From positions 448,001 to 512,000 of the forward strand of contig CAWCLO010000001.1 of NCBI GenBank assembly GCA_963796455.1: a DNA stretch of 64,000 bases, given 5' to 3'. Positions 29,897-40,236 of the stretch are shown piece after piece. Origin of the DNA: Candidatus Sulfomarinibacteraceae bacterium. GTDB lineage: Bacteria > Acidobacteriota > Thermoanaerobaculia > Thermoanaerobaculales > Sulfomarinibacteraceae. Below the pieces are notes generated by a model, which saw nothing but the letters and a program-made list of their open reading frames with translations, had not been told where the DNA came from and made no database searches. The position numbers and the translations under genes are program-made. The stretch's first letter is position 1; each line of letters starts with the position of its first letter.

Positions 29897-31315
29897 ATGA
29901 AGATGCTGCTAGCCGATCAGTGGGTTGACCGTGAGAAAACCATTGAGGTTCGGGACCCTTATGATGATTCGGTCATTGACACGGTACCCGCCGCAACGGC
30001 TGAGGATGTGGAGACCGCCCTGGAAGCCGCCCACCGGGCCCGGGTGACCGCGCGCGGACTTTCGACCTACGAGAGATCGCAGATTCTCCTCGAGACGGCG
30101 GCGATCGTGGCCGACAATCTCGATGACTTTGCCGAGACCATCGCCCGCGAGGGATCAAAAACCATTCGCGAGGCGCGCGGCGAGGCCAGACGCTGCGTCA
30201 ACACGCTGACCATCGCCGGCGAAGAGGCCAAACGGCTGCTCGGAGAGACGATCCCCTTCGACTCCTTCCCCGGCGGCGAACGCCGGCGTGGCCATTTCGA
30301 ACGCGTTCCGATCGGCGTCGTACTCGCCATCACCCCCTTCAATGATCCTCTCAACCTGGTGGCCCACAAACTCGGTCCCGCCATCGCGGCCGGTAACACG
30401 GTGATTCTCAAACCGGCCACGGTGACGCCGCTGTCGGCGCTCAAGCTCACCGAAGCATTCATGGAGGCGGGACTGCCCACCGGCGTTCTTCAGTGCATCA
30501 CCGGCCACGGCGCCATCCTTGGCGACGCACTGGTCTCCGACCCCAGGGTCCGGATGGTGAGCTTTACCGGCGGCGTCGAAGCCGGCGAGCGGATCGTGTC
30601 AAAGGCCGGTCTGAAAAAGATCGGCATGGAGCTTGGTTCCAACTCACCGGTCGTCGTCTGGAAGGACGCCGATATCGAGTGGGCGGCCGAGACCTGCGTC
30701 TCCGGCGCCTTCTGGGCGGCCGGGCAGAACTGTATCGGTGTCCAGCGCATCTATATCCATCGCGAGGTCTACGACAACTTCAAGAAGCTCTTCGTCGAAC
30801 GCACCAGGGCCTACCGCATCGGCGACAAGATGGACGAGACGACCGATATGGGCCCGATGATCAACGAAGGCGAAGCAAAACGCGTCGAACGTTGGGTCGC
30901 CGAGGCGGTCGAGAAGGGCGCGACAGTCCTCGCGGGCGGGAGCCGTGAGCATGCGCTCATGCAACCGACCGTGCTCGAAAACGTTCCCAAGAATGCCACC
31001 ATCCACCACGACGAGGTCTTCGGCCCCGCCGTCAACCTGTATCCGGTCGATGATCTCGATGAGGCGATTCAAGAGGCCAACTCGGTGGACTACGGCCTCC
31101 ACGCGGCCGGTTTCTCGCGCGACGTCGAGATTTGCCACCGCCTCATCGAGGGCCTCGACGCGGGTTCGGTGCTGATCAACGATTCCACCGACTACCGGCT
31201 CGATTCGATGCCCTTCGGCGGCGTCAAGAAAAGCGGTCTCGGCCGCGAAGGCATCCGTTTTTCCCTCGCCGAGATGACTGAACCGAAGGTGGTTTGCTGG
31301 TACCTCCAGGGGTAG
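29897..31315 (+). CDS. Aldehyde dehydrogenase family protein
   Basis: ITPFN, FTGG, MELGSNSP, AGQNC, EVFGP and PFGGVKKSG. Confidence 0.93.
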   Translation: MKMLLADQWVDREKTIEVRDPYDDSVIDTVPAATAEDVETALEAAHRARVTARGLSTYERSQILLETAAIVADNLDDFAETIAREGSKTIREARGEARRCVNTLTIAGEEAKRLLGETIPFDSFPGGERRRGHFERVPIGVVLAITPFNDPLNLVAHKLGPAIAAGNTVILKPATVTPLSALKLTEAFMEAGLPTGVLQCITGHGAILGDALVSDPRVRMVSFTGGVEAGERIVSKAGLKKIGMELGSNSPVVVWKDADIEWAAETCVSGAFWAAGQNCIGVQRIYIHREVYDNFKKLFVERTRAYRIGDKMDETTDMGPMINEGEAKRVERWVAEAVEKGATVLAGGSREHALMQPTVLENVPKNATIHHDEVFGPAVNLYPVDDLDEAIQEANSVDYGLHAAGFSRDVEICHRLIEGLDAGSVLINDSTDYRLDSMPFGGVKKSGLGREGIRFSLAEMTEPKVVCWYLQG

Positions 31316-31535
31316 GCCCTTCTGCATCTCCCCGCTCGGTCCGCAAGACCGAGCGGGATACTTGTTAGGATGGATGAAACAAGGCTGCCACCGAGACCGC
31401 GACGCAGAGCTCGGTGGACTGTTCAGGGGGGTTCTCATCCGTTCGTTCGAATGTCATCGAAAACCATTGATCGACAGCGGCTCTGCACGGGCTTTTCTCC
31501 GAACAGGGGCAGTCCAAAAGTGATTCGGCAATTCC

Positions 31536-34133
31536 ATGGGTGAATCACGAATCGATCTTTCGATCGTGGTGCCGGTCTACAACGCCGAGGGGTTCATCGA
31601 GGCTTCCCTGGACGAACTCGTGTCCTATCTCGCATCCTGCGACAGAAGCTCCGAACTCATAGTGGTCGATGACGGCAGCAGTGATGCCACAGCCGAGATC
31701 GTCACCCGTATTGCCGCGGGCTCTGTGGTGCCGATTCGTTTTCTCCAGATGGAGACCAACCAGGGCAAAGGCGCCGCCGTTACTCGGGGAATGAACCACG
31801 CCACCGGTCGGCAGCGAATTTTTGTCGACGCAGATCTCGCCTTCCCGCCAACGGCCATCGAAAAGGTCTGCGACCGACTCGATGGGGACGCAGATGTGGT
31901 GGTGGCCAGCCGGGTACACGCCGGATCGAAATACCTCATCAAACCGTCGTTCTTCAGATACCTCTATACCCGTCACCTGGCCGGGCGCTTCTTCAATTTC
32001 ATCGTTCGTTTATTTCTGCTGCCGGGAATCAGGGACTCGCAGGCCGGGCTGAAGGGATTCTCAGCCGACGCCGCTTCAGCCCTTTTCGGCAAATGGAGCC
32101 CCAGTGGGTTTGGCTTTGACCTCGCGATCCTCGCTCGGGCCCGGTCGTTCGACTTCAAGATCGTACAGGTGCCGGTGCTCTTTCGATACGACAGCGAGCC
32201 GACCACGGTCCGTTTCCTGGCCGATACCGTGCTCATGCTGCGCGATATTGCTCGCGTGCGACTGCGGATCGGCGGTCCGACCATCCGAGAGAGCCTGCGC
32301 GAGTTCTCCGGCTGGATCCGTCGCCGGATCGAAAGGGTCGATGGAGCGATGGCGAGGCCCACCTACAGATCGCTGGGATTGGCCGCGTGCTGTGTGGGCA
32401 TCATCGGTGTCGCCGTTTTTCGTCTTTGGCTGCCATCGGGCTCGATGGCCGTGCTCTCCTGGCTCCTGGCCCTAGTCGCATTCCTCCTCCTCACCCGCGG
32501 TGCCGATGAACCTCTCGAAAGCGCACGATCGTCGCTTTTTTCGAAACGGGGTGAGGGGATGATCTTTGTTCTGATTTTCGCCCTGACCGCTTTCCTCCGA
32601 CTCTGGCATCTCGGAGATGCCCCGCCGATGATCCACGGCGACTCCGCCGAATGTGGTCTTCAGGGCCTCGACATTCTCCGCGGACGTGTCGTTGACGTGT
32701 TTGACTTCAGCCGTTGGTACAACACGCCCTACTTCGCATATTTGCCTTATGCCGTGAGCTTTGCGACGGCTGGCCTGACCATCGTCGGGCTGCGACTGCC
32801 AACCGCCGTGCTCGGCATCCTGGCGATGATTCCCCTCTATTTCATGGTCCGGTCGTGGTTCGGTACAAGGGCCGCGCAAATTGCAGCCACGCTCTATGCG
32901 GTGTCACACGCCGCCATCCATTTCGGCCGAATCGGTCTCTGGAACATCCAGACGCTCTTCCTCGAGCTGATCGCTTTCGCGCTGCTGATGCGGGCATTGC
33001 GAATTCGCAAGGTGTTTCCCGCCGCAGCGGCCGGCATCGCGGCAGGTCTCGCACTGTTTTCCTACACCGCCGGCCGTTTGATTCTGGTGGTCGGTGTGGC
33101 TTTCTTCATCATCCAGTTCCTTCAAGGCAACCGACGGCTCGTCTCTCGACTCCTGATTTTCTTCCTCCTGGGTGCAACCATCACGGCAATTCCGCTCTTT
33201 CTGAACTACGTCAAATCACCCCATATTCTGCTGGAAGACCGCACCGGCAGCGTCATGGTTCTGTCCGAGAGCAATCGGGTCCACCTCGCCCAGGAGATGG
33301 ACAACCTGTCGGCAACCGAGATCCTCTGGCGGCAGACCCGTACGGCCCTCGCAGGCTTTGCCACCATCGGCGATGCCAGCGGCCAGTACGGAACCGTGCA
33401 ACCTCTTCTGTCCTGGGTCACGGCTTTTCTGGCAGCCATCGGTTTTCTCATTGCCCTCCTACGGATCCGACAACCACCTTCCCAATTCCTCATCCTGTGG
33501 ACTGTGCTCGGACTGTTGCTTTCGAGTATTCTCGTCATCGACCCACCGTTTTATCCTCGCCTGATCGTGCTGTTTCCCGTGCCGTTCATATTTGCCGCAT
33601 CCGCCCTCGAGACAGGGCTCTCCCGATTGAGGGAGGACCGACGGCGGCAGCGATGGGCGGCGGCCGCGATCTGTCTGGCGGTCCTCGCCCAGTCGGCGTA
33701 TTTTTCCCTTACCGGCTACCGTCGGTATCTCGTTGCGATGGATGTGGATACCATCGAGTGGGATGTGGTCGAGGTCTTTGAGCGGGTCGGAACAGATCAC
33801 GACTACTATCTTTTTGGCGGCCCGACAATAACCGTCCTTCTCCCAGCATTGGAGCTCTTCGCCGATGACCGTCGGGTCGTGGTGGGCTTCACTCCACAGG
33901 ATGTGCCCGCAGATCTTCTTCAAAACACGGTTTTTATCGCTTTTTCTTCGGTGATCGAAGACCACACTCAGTTGCAACAGTTGGGAACGGTCATCAGCGA
34001 GCGGTTCCCGCAAACTCACCGGGAAGTGACCCACAGCCACAACCGCCGGCAGTTGGTTCTCTTTTTCTCGTCGCCGCTCGGCGGTTCTCGGGCCCGCCCT
34101 GGAGGTGCGAATGCGCATGACTCTGATCCATGA
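31536..34133 (+). CDS. Fusion of a GT2 polyprenyl-phosphate glycosyltransferase and a GT-C (ArnT/PMT-like) membrane glycosyltransferase
   Basis: VVPVYN, VVDDGSSD, NQGKG and FVDAD; then a multi-TM domain with LRLWHL..HGDSA. Confidence 0.85.
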   Translation: MGESRIDLSIVVPVYNAEGFIEASLDELVSYLASCDRSSELIVVDDGSSDATAEIVTRIAAGSVVPIRFLQMETNQGKGAAVTRGMNHATGRQRIFVDADLAFPPTAIEKVCDRLDGDADVVVASRVHAGSKYLIKPSFFRYLYTRHLAGRFFNFIVRLFLLPGIRDSQAGLKGFSADAASALFGKWSPSGFGFDLAILARARSFDFKIVQVPVLFRYDSEPTTVRFLADTVLMLRDIARVRLRIGGPTIRESLREFSGWIRRRIERVDGAMARPTYRSLGLAACCVGIIGVAVFRLWLPSGSMAVLSWLLALVAFLLLTRGADEPLESARSSLFSKRGEGMIFVLIFALTAFLRLWHLGDAPPMIHGDSAECGLQGLDILRGRVVDVFDFSRWYNTPYFAYLPYAVSFATAGLTIVGLRLPTAVLGILAMIPLYFMVRSWFGTRAAQIAATLYAVSHAAIHFGRIGLWNIQTLFLELIAFALLMRALRIRKVFPAAAAGIAAGLALFSYTAGRLILVVGVAFFIIQFLQGNRRLVSRLLIFFLLGATITAIPLFLNYVKSPHILLEDRTGSVMVLSESNRVHLAQEMDNLSATEILWRQTRTALAGFATIGDASGQYGTVQPLLSWVTAFLAAIGFLIALLRIRQPPSQFLILWTVLGLLLSSILVIDPPFYPRLIVLFPVPFIFAASALETGLSRLREDRRRQRWAAAAICLAVLAQSAYFSLTGYRRYLVAMDVDTIEWDVVEVFERVGTDHDYYLFGGPTITVLLPALELFADDRRVVVGFTPQDVPADLLQNTVFIAFSSVIEDHTQLQQLGTVISERFPQTHREVTHSHNRRQLVLFFSSPLGGSRARPGGANAHDSDP

Positions 34134-34941
34134 TCTGACCCTGCGGAGAAAAGTTCTCGTCCGGTGCACCGCCGCGTGCTGCCTGATGACCGCTGTATTT
34201 GCATCTGCGCAGACCGAAACCACGCCGCAACAATTTGATGTCGTGTTCATGGAGAGGGCCGAAGCCGCCGCCCGAACTGTCCTGTCCGCTGAAATGCGGA
34301 GCCCACATGACAATATCCGATGGGTCGCTCTGCGAGCCGCCACGGAACTCCGCGATCCGTGGATCGCCGCAGCGGCCCAGCCGATGTGCGAATCCACCGA
34401 CATCCTCGAACAGGTTCTAGCCCTGGAGTTGATCACAAATACAGATGCGGCTCGCGGCAGAGCCCAATTTCTGACCGCCCTTCAATCGCCTGACCGCGCG
34501 GTTCGACTTCGGGGTCTGCTCGGTCTGGAAAAAATCGGCGATCCGGAAACGACGCTAGAAATCGCCCGCCATTTGACAGATGACGACGACCCCGATCTCA
34601 GGGCGGTGGCAGCCCGCGCCCTCGGTTCGATCGGAGATCCCGCGGCGGTCCCCGCCCTCTATTCTGCCGTCGGCGACCCGCACGCCACCGTCCGGCGCGC
34701 AGCCGTTGCAGCCCTGGTCGAAACCGGAGACACCGACATCGGGAGATACCTCGTCAGCCGCCTCCAGCACGGCAACCCCTCGGAAACCCTGCCCCTTCTC
34801 CGATTGCTGACGCTGGTGAGAGATCCGCTGCTTGTTCCGGAGCTAGAACCATTTTTGCGGCACGACCTGGAAGAGGCCAGAGCGTGGGCGGCAGCGGCCA
34901 TCCTCGCCGCCCTCGAAACATCTCACTCCACGGCCCCCTGA
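34111..34941 (+). CDS. Secreted HEAT-repeat protein
   Basis: Signal-like N-terminus; repeated D.D..[VL]R..AA.ALG motifs. Confidence 0.75.
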   Translation: MRMTLIHDLTLRRKVLVRCTAACCLMTAVFASAQTETTPQQFDVVFMERAEAAARTVLSAEMRSPHDNIRWVALRAATELRDPWIAAAAQPMCESTDILEQVLALELITNTDAARGRAQFLTALQSPDRAVRLRGLLGLEKIGDPETTLEIARHLTDDDDPDLRAVAARALGSIGDPAAVPALYSAVGDPHATVRRAAVAALVETGDTDIGRYLVSRLQHGNPSETLPLLRLLTLVRDPLLVPELEPFLRHDLEEARAWAAAAILAALETSHSTAP

Positions 34942-35552
34942 TGGTCGACCCCGCGGTCGCCCGCCACTTCGCCGAATCCGCGGAAAACTACTCTCGTTTC
35001 CGGGGTCGCGGACCGCTCGGCTGGATCAGAGATCAGGAACAACGGGCGGTGCGGGATCTGGTAGATATCGAACCGGGAGAGCGGGTCCTCGACGCCGGAT
35101 GCGGTGATGGAGCCACCCTCGACTGGCTCGCCGAATCCGGCGCCTTGGCCACCGGCATCGATCTCAGTTGGCCGATGGCCCGTCTGTGCTCTGCCGCCGG
35201 CCACCCCGTCGCCGTGCAGGACATCGAGCGACCCGGGCTTCAACCGGTCTTCGATTGGGTTCTGTGCATCGGTGCGATGGAGTTTGTATCCGATCCCGCG
35301 CGGGCCCTCAGCCGTCTCGCAGGCTGCCTTGTTCCCGGTGGCAGACTGGTCCTGCTTTACCCCCGCAGGAGTGCTCTCGGATCGCTCTATGCCCTCTATC
35401 ACCGAAGCCACGGCGCCCGGATCCACACCTTTGACCGCGGCCGGGTCACCGGTCTGATGCAGAGCGCCGGCCTTGCCGCTCCGGAGAGCTGGCGCAACTG
35501 CATGTTGGCGAGCGTTTGCCGCACCCGACTCGCGGCGGTCAGGTCGCCGTGA
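34941..35552 (+). CDS. Class I SAM-dependent methyltransferase
   Basis: VLDAGCGDG and LVPGGRL; TGATG coupling with the upstream gene. Confidence 0.85.
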   Translation: MVDPAVARHFAESAENYSRFRGRGPLGWIRDQEQRAVRDLVDIEPGERVLDAGCGDGATLDWLAESGALATGIDLSWPMARLCSAAGHPVAVQDIERPGLQPVFDWVLCIGAMEFVSDPARALSRLAGCLVPGGRLVLLYPRRSALGSLYALYHRSHGARIHTFDRGRVTGLMQSAGLAAPESWRNCMLASVCRTRLAAVRSP

Positions 35553-36337
35553 AACCGCTGCTGCTGACCTTTGACGTCGAGGAGTTCGACTGGTTGGTCG
35601 ATGGCGCTCGACCGATGCCGCCCGCCGAGCAGATCGCAATCACGGCTGAAGGCCTCCGCTTGCTGATACCGATTCTGCAAAACAGCCGGGCGCGCGCCAC
35701 TTTCTTTGTCACCGGCACATTTGCCGAGAGCCAGGGCGAGCTGGTGGCCCAACTCGCCGACTCGGGCCACGAGATTGGCGTCCACGGCCTCGAGCACGGG
35801 GATGACTACGCAAGCCTGGATCCAGGAGAGGCCACAGGGAGACTGCTTCGCGCGCGCGAGATCGTGGAAGGTGCCAGCGGGCAGACGGCTTCCGGCCTCC
35901 GGACCCCGCGGCTCAGAAAGTGCCCGGCAACTGTGGTCCGTGAGGCCGGTTTTGCCTACGACGCGTCGCCTCACCCAACCTGGGTCCCCGGGCGCTATTT
36001 CGGCCTCCTGCTGTCGCGCAAACCGTGGCAGGAGGAGTCAATCACCATGGTCCCGATATCTGTCCTTCCGGTCCTGAGAACGCCGGTCTCGTGGCAGTGG
36101 TTCCAGATTGCCGGCCGCGGTCTCGGGGTCGCGGCCCTCCGCCTTGCAGCCCTCGGCGCACCTTATCTCCACCTCTACTTTCACCCGTGGGAGGCCATCG
36201 ATCTGCGCAGCGTCGGAATCGATACGCCGGTGACCAGGCGGACCGGGCCGCCCTTCCTCGAGGCCATGACGGCAATCCTCGCGCGAACCTCAGGCTGGAC
36301 CGAGACCACCACGGTGATCGATTTCATCAAGAGATGA
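35549..36337 (+). CDS. Polysaccharide deacetylase family protein
   Basis: LTFDVEE, ATFFV, HEIGVHG and YFHPWE; GTGA overlap. Confidence 0.85.
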   Translation: MKPLLLTFDVEEFDWLVDGARPMPPAEQIAITAEGLRLLIPILQNSRARATFFVTGTFAESQGELVAQLADSGHEIGVHGLEHGDDYASLDPGEATGRLLRAREIVEGASGQTASGLRTPRLRKCPATVVREAGFAYDASPHPTWVPGRYFGLLLSRKPWQEESITMVPISVLPVLRTPVSWQWFQIAGRGLGVAALRLAALGAPYLHLYFHPWEAIDLRSVGIDTPVTRRTGPPFLEAMTAILARTSGWTETTTVIDFIKR

Positions 36338-36467
36338 CACCTTGGCAGGCCGGACAGGCCGACCATCTGTGCTTCGCACCCGGCGACCGCGTTCGATATT
36401 CATATTTTTAGCCGGACTCTATTTCTGATAATTTGTCTCAAACACATGCATCCCGAAGGAGAACACA

Positions 36468-37292
36468 ATGAAACACTTTTTGGGCTCGGTCCTGGCGCTT
36501 CTTCTCGCGATTCCCGCCTCGGCCAACGTCACGTACGAGATCGAGGTCAAAGATCACAAGCAGTCGCCAGCAAAGACATCGCTGATGAAATTCCTGGTTC
36601 TCGACAAGATGCTCAAACTCGATTCATCCTCGGTCGACGGAGATTTCAACGGTGAGATGATCTTTCGCGGTGAGGGTGAGAGCAAAAAGATGATCATCGT
36701 GAACCACGATGAGAAGTCCTATTTTGTGATCGACGAGGAGGCCATGAAGGAGATCGCGGCGAAGCTCGACAACGCGATGGCGATGATGGAGCAGGCGCTG
36801 GCCAACGTCCCGGAGAGTCAGCGCGAACAATTCGAAATAATCATGAAACAGAAAATGCCCGAACAACCTGTGCCGCGCGAAAAAACCGAGCTTCGCCCAA
36901 CCAGCGACACCGATACAGTCAACAACTATCCCTGCGTCCGGTACGAGCTGTGGAAGAGCGGCGCCAAGATCCGCGATCTGTGGGTCACTGATTGGAAGAA
37001 CATCGACGGCGGCAATGAAGTGGCCGACGCCTTTCAGGAAATGTCCGAGTTCTTCAGGGAGATGATGGACAGTTTGCCGCAATTCGGAGGTGGCCGGCAG
37101 TCCTTGGGCGATCCATCCTTCGAACACCTCCGCGAAATGAAGGGCTTCCCGGTTCTGACCAGCGAATTCGACACCGACGGTTCGCTCGAGAGCGAGGCTA
37201 CACTCAAGTCGGCGACTTCCGGAGAAATCGATCCCGATGCCTTCGATCCGCCCAAAGGCTACATGAAAAAGGAAATGTTCAGAGGGCAATAG
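36468..37292 (+). CDS. Secreted DUF4412-like protein
   Basis: Signal peptide; YPCVRY, LWVT, GFPV and FDPPKGY; AAGGAG RBS. Confidence 0.7.
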   Translation: MKHFLGSVLALLLAIPASANVTYEIEVKDHKQSPAKTSLMKFLVLDKMLKLDSSSVDGDFNGEMIFRGEGESKKMIIVNHDEKSYFVIDEEAMKEIAAKLDNAMAMMEQALANVPESQREQFEIIMKQKMPEQPVPREKTELRPTSDTDTVNNYPCVRYELWKSGAKIRDLWVTDWKNIDGGNEVADAFQEMSEFFREMMDSLPQFGGGRQSLGDPSFEHLREMKGFPVLTSEFDTDGSLESEATLKSATSGEIDPDAFDPPKGYMKKEMFRGQ

Positions 37293-37348
37293 GCCGGCGG
37301 GAGAACATTGGAACGAGATCGGAATCAGGAATTCGCGCGCACGGAGTA

Positions 37349-37520
37349 ACCGCAGATAGAGCAGATGGAAGCAGAAAAAAAACGACCAAAGGACAAGAGA
37401 CGTGATGAATCTCCAGAAGACACCACGCTCAGGTGCTTTGGCAAAGAGTGTCGTCACAATGTGATTGGGTTGTTCAAATGACGGGTCCGAGATCTGCGTT
37501 CATCTGCGTGATCTGCGGTT
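37349..37520. repeat. Inverted GCAGAT arrays enclosing about 120 nt with no clear gene
   Basis: AACCGCAGATAGAGCAGAT ... ATCTGCGTTCATCTGCGTGATCTGCGGTT. Confidence 0.7.
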
Positions 37521-37581
37521 TCTCCGAATCCACCCGCATGATATCGAGGAAATAAACCACCTGCAGCGATAGAATCTCTTC

Positions 37582-38307
37582 GTGGTTGCCAAGAAAAAAA
37601 AGAAATCGAAGAAAAAAACCTCTCGCCGGTGGGGCCTGCGTCTGCTGGCCACGGTGTGCTCGGTCCTTCTGGCTGGAGCGGCCGTCGTCATCTTCACCTG
37701 GCCCGATGTCGCCGCATTGGCCGAGCAACCGCCGGAAACGACCGCCTTTGTCGAGCGTGCCCGATTGCAGGGGAAGGAAGTCGGTTGGCGTTGGGTGCCC
37801 TACGACCAGATCTCACAGGAGCTGAAAAAAACGGTCGTGGCGGCAGAGGACATGAGCTTTTTTTCGCACAACGGCTTCGACACCCACGAGATCAAGGTGG
37901 CGGCCCGCGACGCGGTGCGCGGCAAGCAGGTCCGGGGTGCGTCGACGATCACCCAACAGCTCGCCAAGAATCTGTGGCTGACCCCATCACGCTCACCAAC
38001 CCGGAAGATCAGGGAGTTCATCCTGACCCGCCAACTCGAGGATCGACTCTCAAAACAGAGAATTCTCGAGCTCTATTTGAATGTCGTCCAGTTCGGGCCC
38101 AACACTTTTGGCGCGGAGGCTGCCGCCCGCGAGTATTTCGGGCTGCCAGCCGCCGAACTCGACCGTCGCCAGGCGGCTTCTCTCGCGGCCTCGCTGCCCC
38201 GGCCTTCGAGCTGGCACCCGGGTGTCACCGACGCAGCCTATCAAAGAAGCATCGCCCGAATATCGGCCAGGGCGGACCAGGCAGACTGGATCGATCAACT
38301 GCTGTAA
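37582..38307 (+). CDS. mtgA: Monofunctional peptidoglycan transglycosylase
   Basis: AAED..F..H.GFD, GASTITQQLAKN, RKIRE and KQRILELYLN. Confidence 0.92.
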   Translation: MVAKKKKKSKKKTSRRWGLRLLATVCSVLLAGAAVVIFTWPDVAALAEQPPETTAFVERARLQGKEVGWRWVPYDQISQELKKTVVAAEDMSFFSHNGFDTHEIKVAARDAVRGKQVRGASTITQQLAKNLWLTPSRSPTRKIREFILTRQLEDRLSKQRILELYLNVVQFGPNTFGAEAAAREYFGLPAAELDRRQAASLAASLPRPSSWHPGVTDAAYQRSIARISARADQADWIDQLL

Positions 38308-38352
38308 GATTTCGTGGTTACCAAAAAATCGGAACGCCGGAGGATCATCACC

Positions 38353-39330
38353 ATGAGAAGCATCAAGTTGATCGCGCTCGCATCCGTTACCGTACTCGCC
38401 GTTTCGTGCGCGCCCGCCGGCCCGGGCCCGGAACAGGCCGCAACGATGGAAGAGCCGACGATGGAAGGCCTCGAAAACGGCTCTTTCACGACCGAACTCA
38501 ACGGTTTCGACATCCATTATGAGGTGCACGGTCAAGGGCCTGTCCTGATGACCTTGCCCAACTCGTGGGGTTTGTCGCTTGAAGGCCTTCGAGCCATGTA
38601 TCGGCCGCTGGAGACCGGATTGACGATGGTCTATTTCGATCCCCGCGGAATGGGAGAGTCCGCACCCATCGTCAACGACGACGATATGGCGATGGAGGCC
38701 GTCCGGGCTGACTTTCAGGCCCTTCGCGAGCACCTCGGCCTGGCAGCGGTCAACGCCATCGGGTGGTCGAACGGCGCCATGAACCTCATCGAACTCGCCT
38801 CAGAAAGCCCCTCCACCCTGAGTGCAGCGATCTTCGTTCACGGTGCGGCAAGCTTTGCCGAAGAGGACTCGGCTCTCATGGCGCAGAAATATCCCGAACT
38901 CATCAGCAAGTGGATGGAATTCGAGACCTTGATGCAGACCGACACCGAGCTCACCACCGCAGAACGGACCGCGTTGATGCGAGTTCTGTGGCTCGAAGAC
39001 TGGTTCCCACTCTCGACCGGAGACCCGGCCGGCGCCGCAGTCCTCTTCGAAAGGCTGTTCGGGGAAGCCGAGTTCAGTTGGGCGCACGCCGATTACACCA
39101 ACAAGCGCTATCCCACCTTTGACGCTCGCGACCGCCTCCCCTTGATCACGGCCCGCAGTCTGGTGGTCGCCGGAACCCACGACATGTTCTCGGTCGAAAA
39201 GGTCGAGGTACTGGCGGATGGCATTGCGGACGCACAATTGGTGGTTTTTGAGTCGAGCGGCCATTTTGCACCGGCCGAAGAAGAGGAAGCCTTCAAGCGG
39301 GCTGTCTTCGACTTCCTGGGAGTTGAGTAA
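38353..39330 (+). CDS. Alpha/beta hydrolase lipoprotein
   Basis: Lipobox LAVSC; DPRGMG, GWSNG nucleophile elbow and SGHF. Confidence 0.85.
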   Translation: MRSIKLIALASVTVLAVSCAPAGPGPEQAATMEEPTMEGLENGSFTTELNGFDIHYEVHGQGPVLMTLPNSWGLSLEGLRAMYRPLETGLTMVYFDPRGMGESAPIVNDDDMAMEAVRADFQALREHLGLAAVNAIGWSNGAMNLIELASESPSTLSAAIFVHGAASFAEEDSALMAQKYPELISKWMEFETLMQTDTELTTAERTALMRVLWLEDWFPLSTGDPAGAAVLFERLFGEAEFSWAHADYTNKRYPTFDARDRLPLITARSLVVAGTHDMFSVEKVEVLADGIADAQLVVFESSGHFAPAEEEEAFKRAVFDFLGVE

Positions 39331-39365
39331 GAGCACGAATTCCAACGCGATCGTTGGTTCGATCC

Positions 39366-40223
39366 CTATTTCTTTTTGACCGGTGTTTCGGCTGGGGGTG
39401 GGTTTTCGAGTTCCGCCGGATCCCGACGATCGACAACACCCTCGGCAGGGCCTCTGAGACTGGCCGTCAAACGTCCGAAACTGAGTTTGAAATCAAGACG
39501 ATACAGTGTTCTCGTCGGACCTGGGTCGATCCAGTAGACAAACTCACCCTTGCGCGAAAACATCTCACCATCGGCGGTCACCGGCTGGACTCGCAGCAGC
39601 GTCCGTTTCCCATCAAAGGCCCTGAACTGTTTGCGCGGACCGACGTTGGAAATCGTTTCGATGCCGCCGTGATCGGTGAAAAGGGTCAGGGGAAACGTGG
39701 CTCCAACTTTCTCCGCCAGGGTGCGCCCGCGATAGACGAAAGCCATCGGGTCGAGGGCCGGGCCGCCCTCGTAGGGTGACTCCGCCGGCATACCCTTTTT
39801 GTTGGTGCGGATAACGCCCGCCTCGCGATCGATTCGGTAGTAGACGACCCGTCGTCTCCCGCGCTCGGTGATGTCGCTCTCATAGGCAACTGTGCTCATG
39901 GTCTCGGCATCGACCCAAGACTCGATTTGTCCGTCCACACGATAGATCTTGTTGAAGAACTTCGAGTTCCTCGCGGACATGAGGATGTGGTAAGTGGGCC
40001 GACCTTGATAGTCCTCGAGCCGGCTTTCCAGCGTCATTTCGCCGCACTTGACTCCGAGATACTCGACCACATAACGAAAGGGCCCATCGATCGGGATCGT
40101 CGCCGCGTTGTCGGTGACCACCGTACGAACAGGCTCCTCGGCGCGGCTCACCAGCACCGTCGCCGTGGCTGCACCTGCTGCAACCAGGGCAAAACCCAAC
40201 GCAAACCGCATGGTCCGTTTCAT
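39366..40223 (-). CDS. DUF3108-like secreted protein
   Basis: Signal peptide; Y.V.YLG...G, KIYRV, LDPMA and YWI...LSFG. Confidence 0.7.
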   Translation of the reverse strand: MKRTMRFALGFALVAAGAATATVLVSRAEEPVRTVVTDNAATIPIDGPFRYVVEYLGVKCGEMTLESRLEDYQGRPTYHILMSARNSKFFNKIYRVDGQIESWVDAETMSTVAYESDITERGRRRVVYYRIDREAGVIRTNKKGMPAESPYEGGPALDPMAFVYRGRTLAEKVGATFPLTLFTDHGGIETISNVGPRKQFRAFDGKRTLLRVQPVTADGEMFSRKGEFVYWIDPGPTRTLYRLDFKLSFGRLTASLRGPAEGVVDRRDPAELENPPPAETPVKKK

Positions 40224-40236
40224 TCCCATCAAACCA

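Noticed and set aside
37375..37490. Decayed GxxExxY gene between the GCAGAT arms
   Set aside because: No convincing residual motif in any frame; recorded only as an empty cassette.
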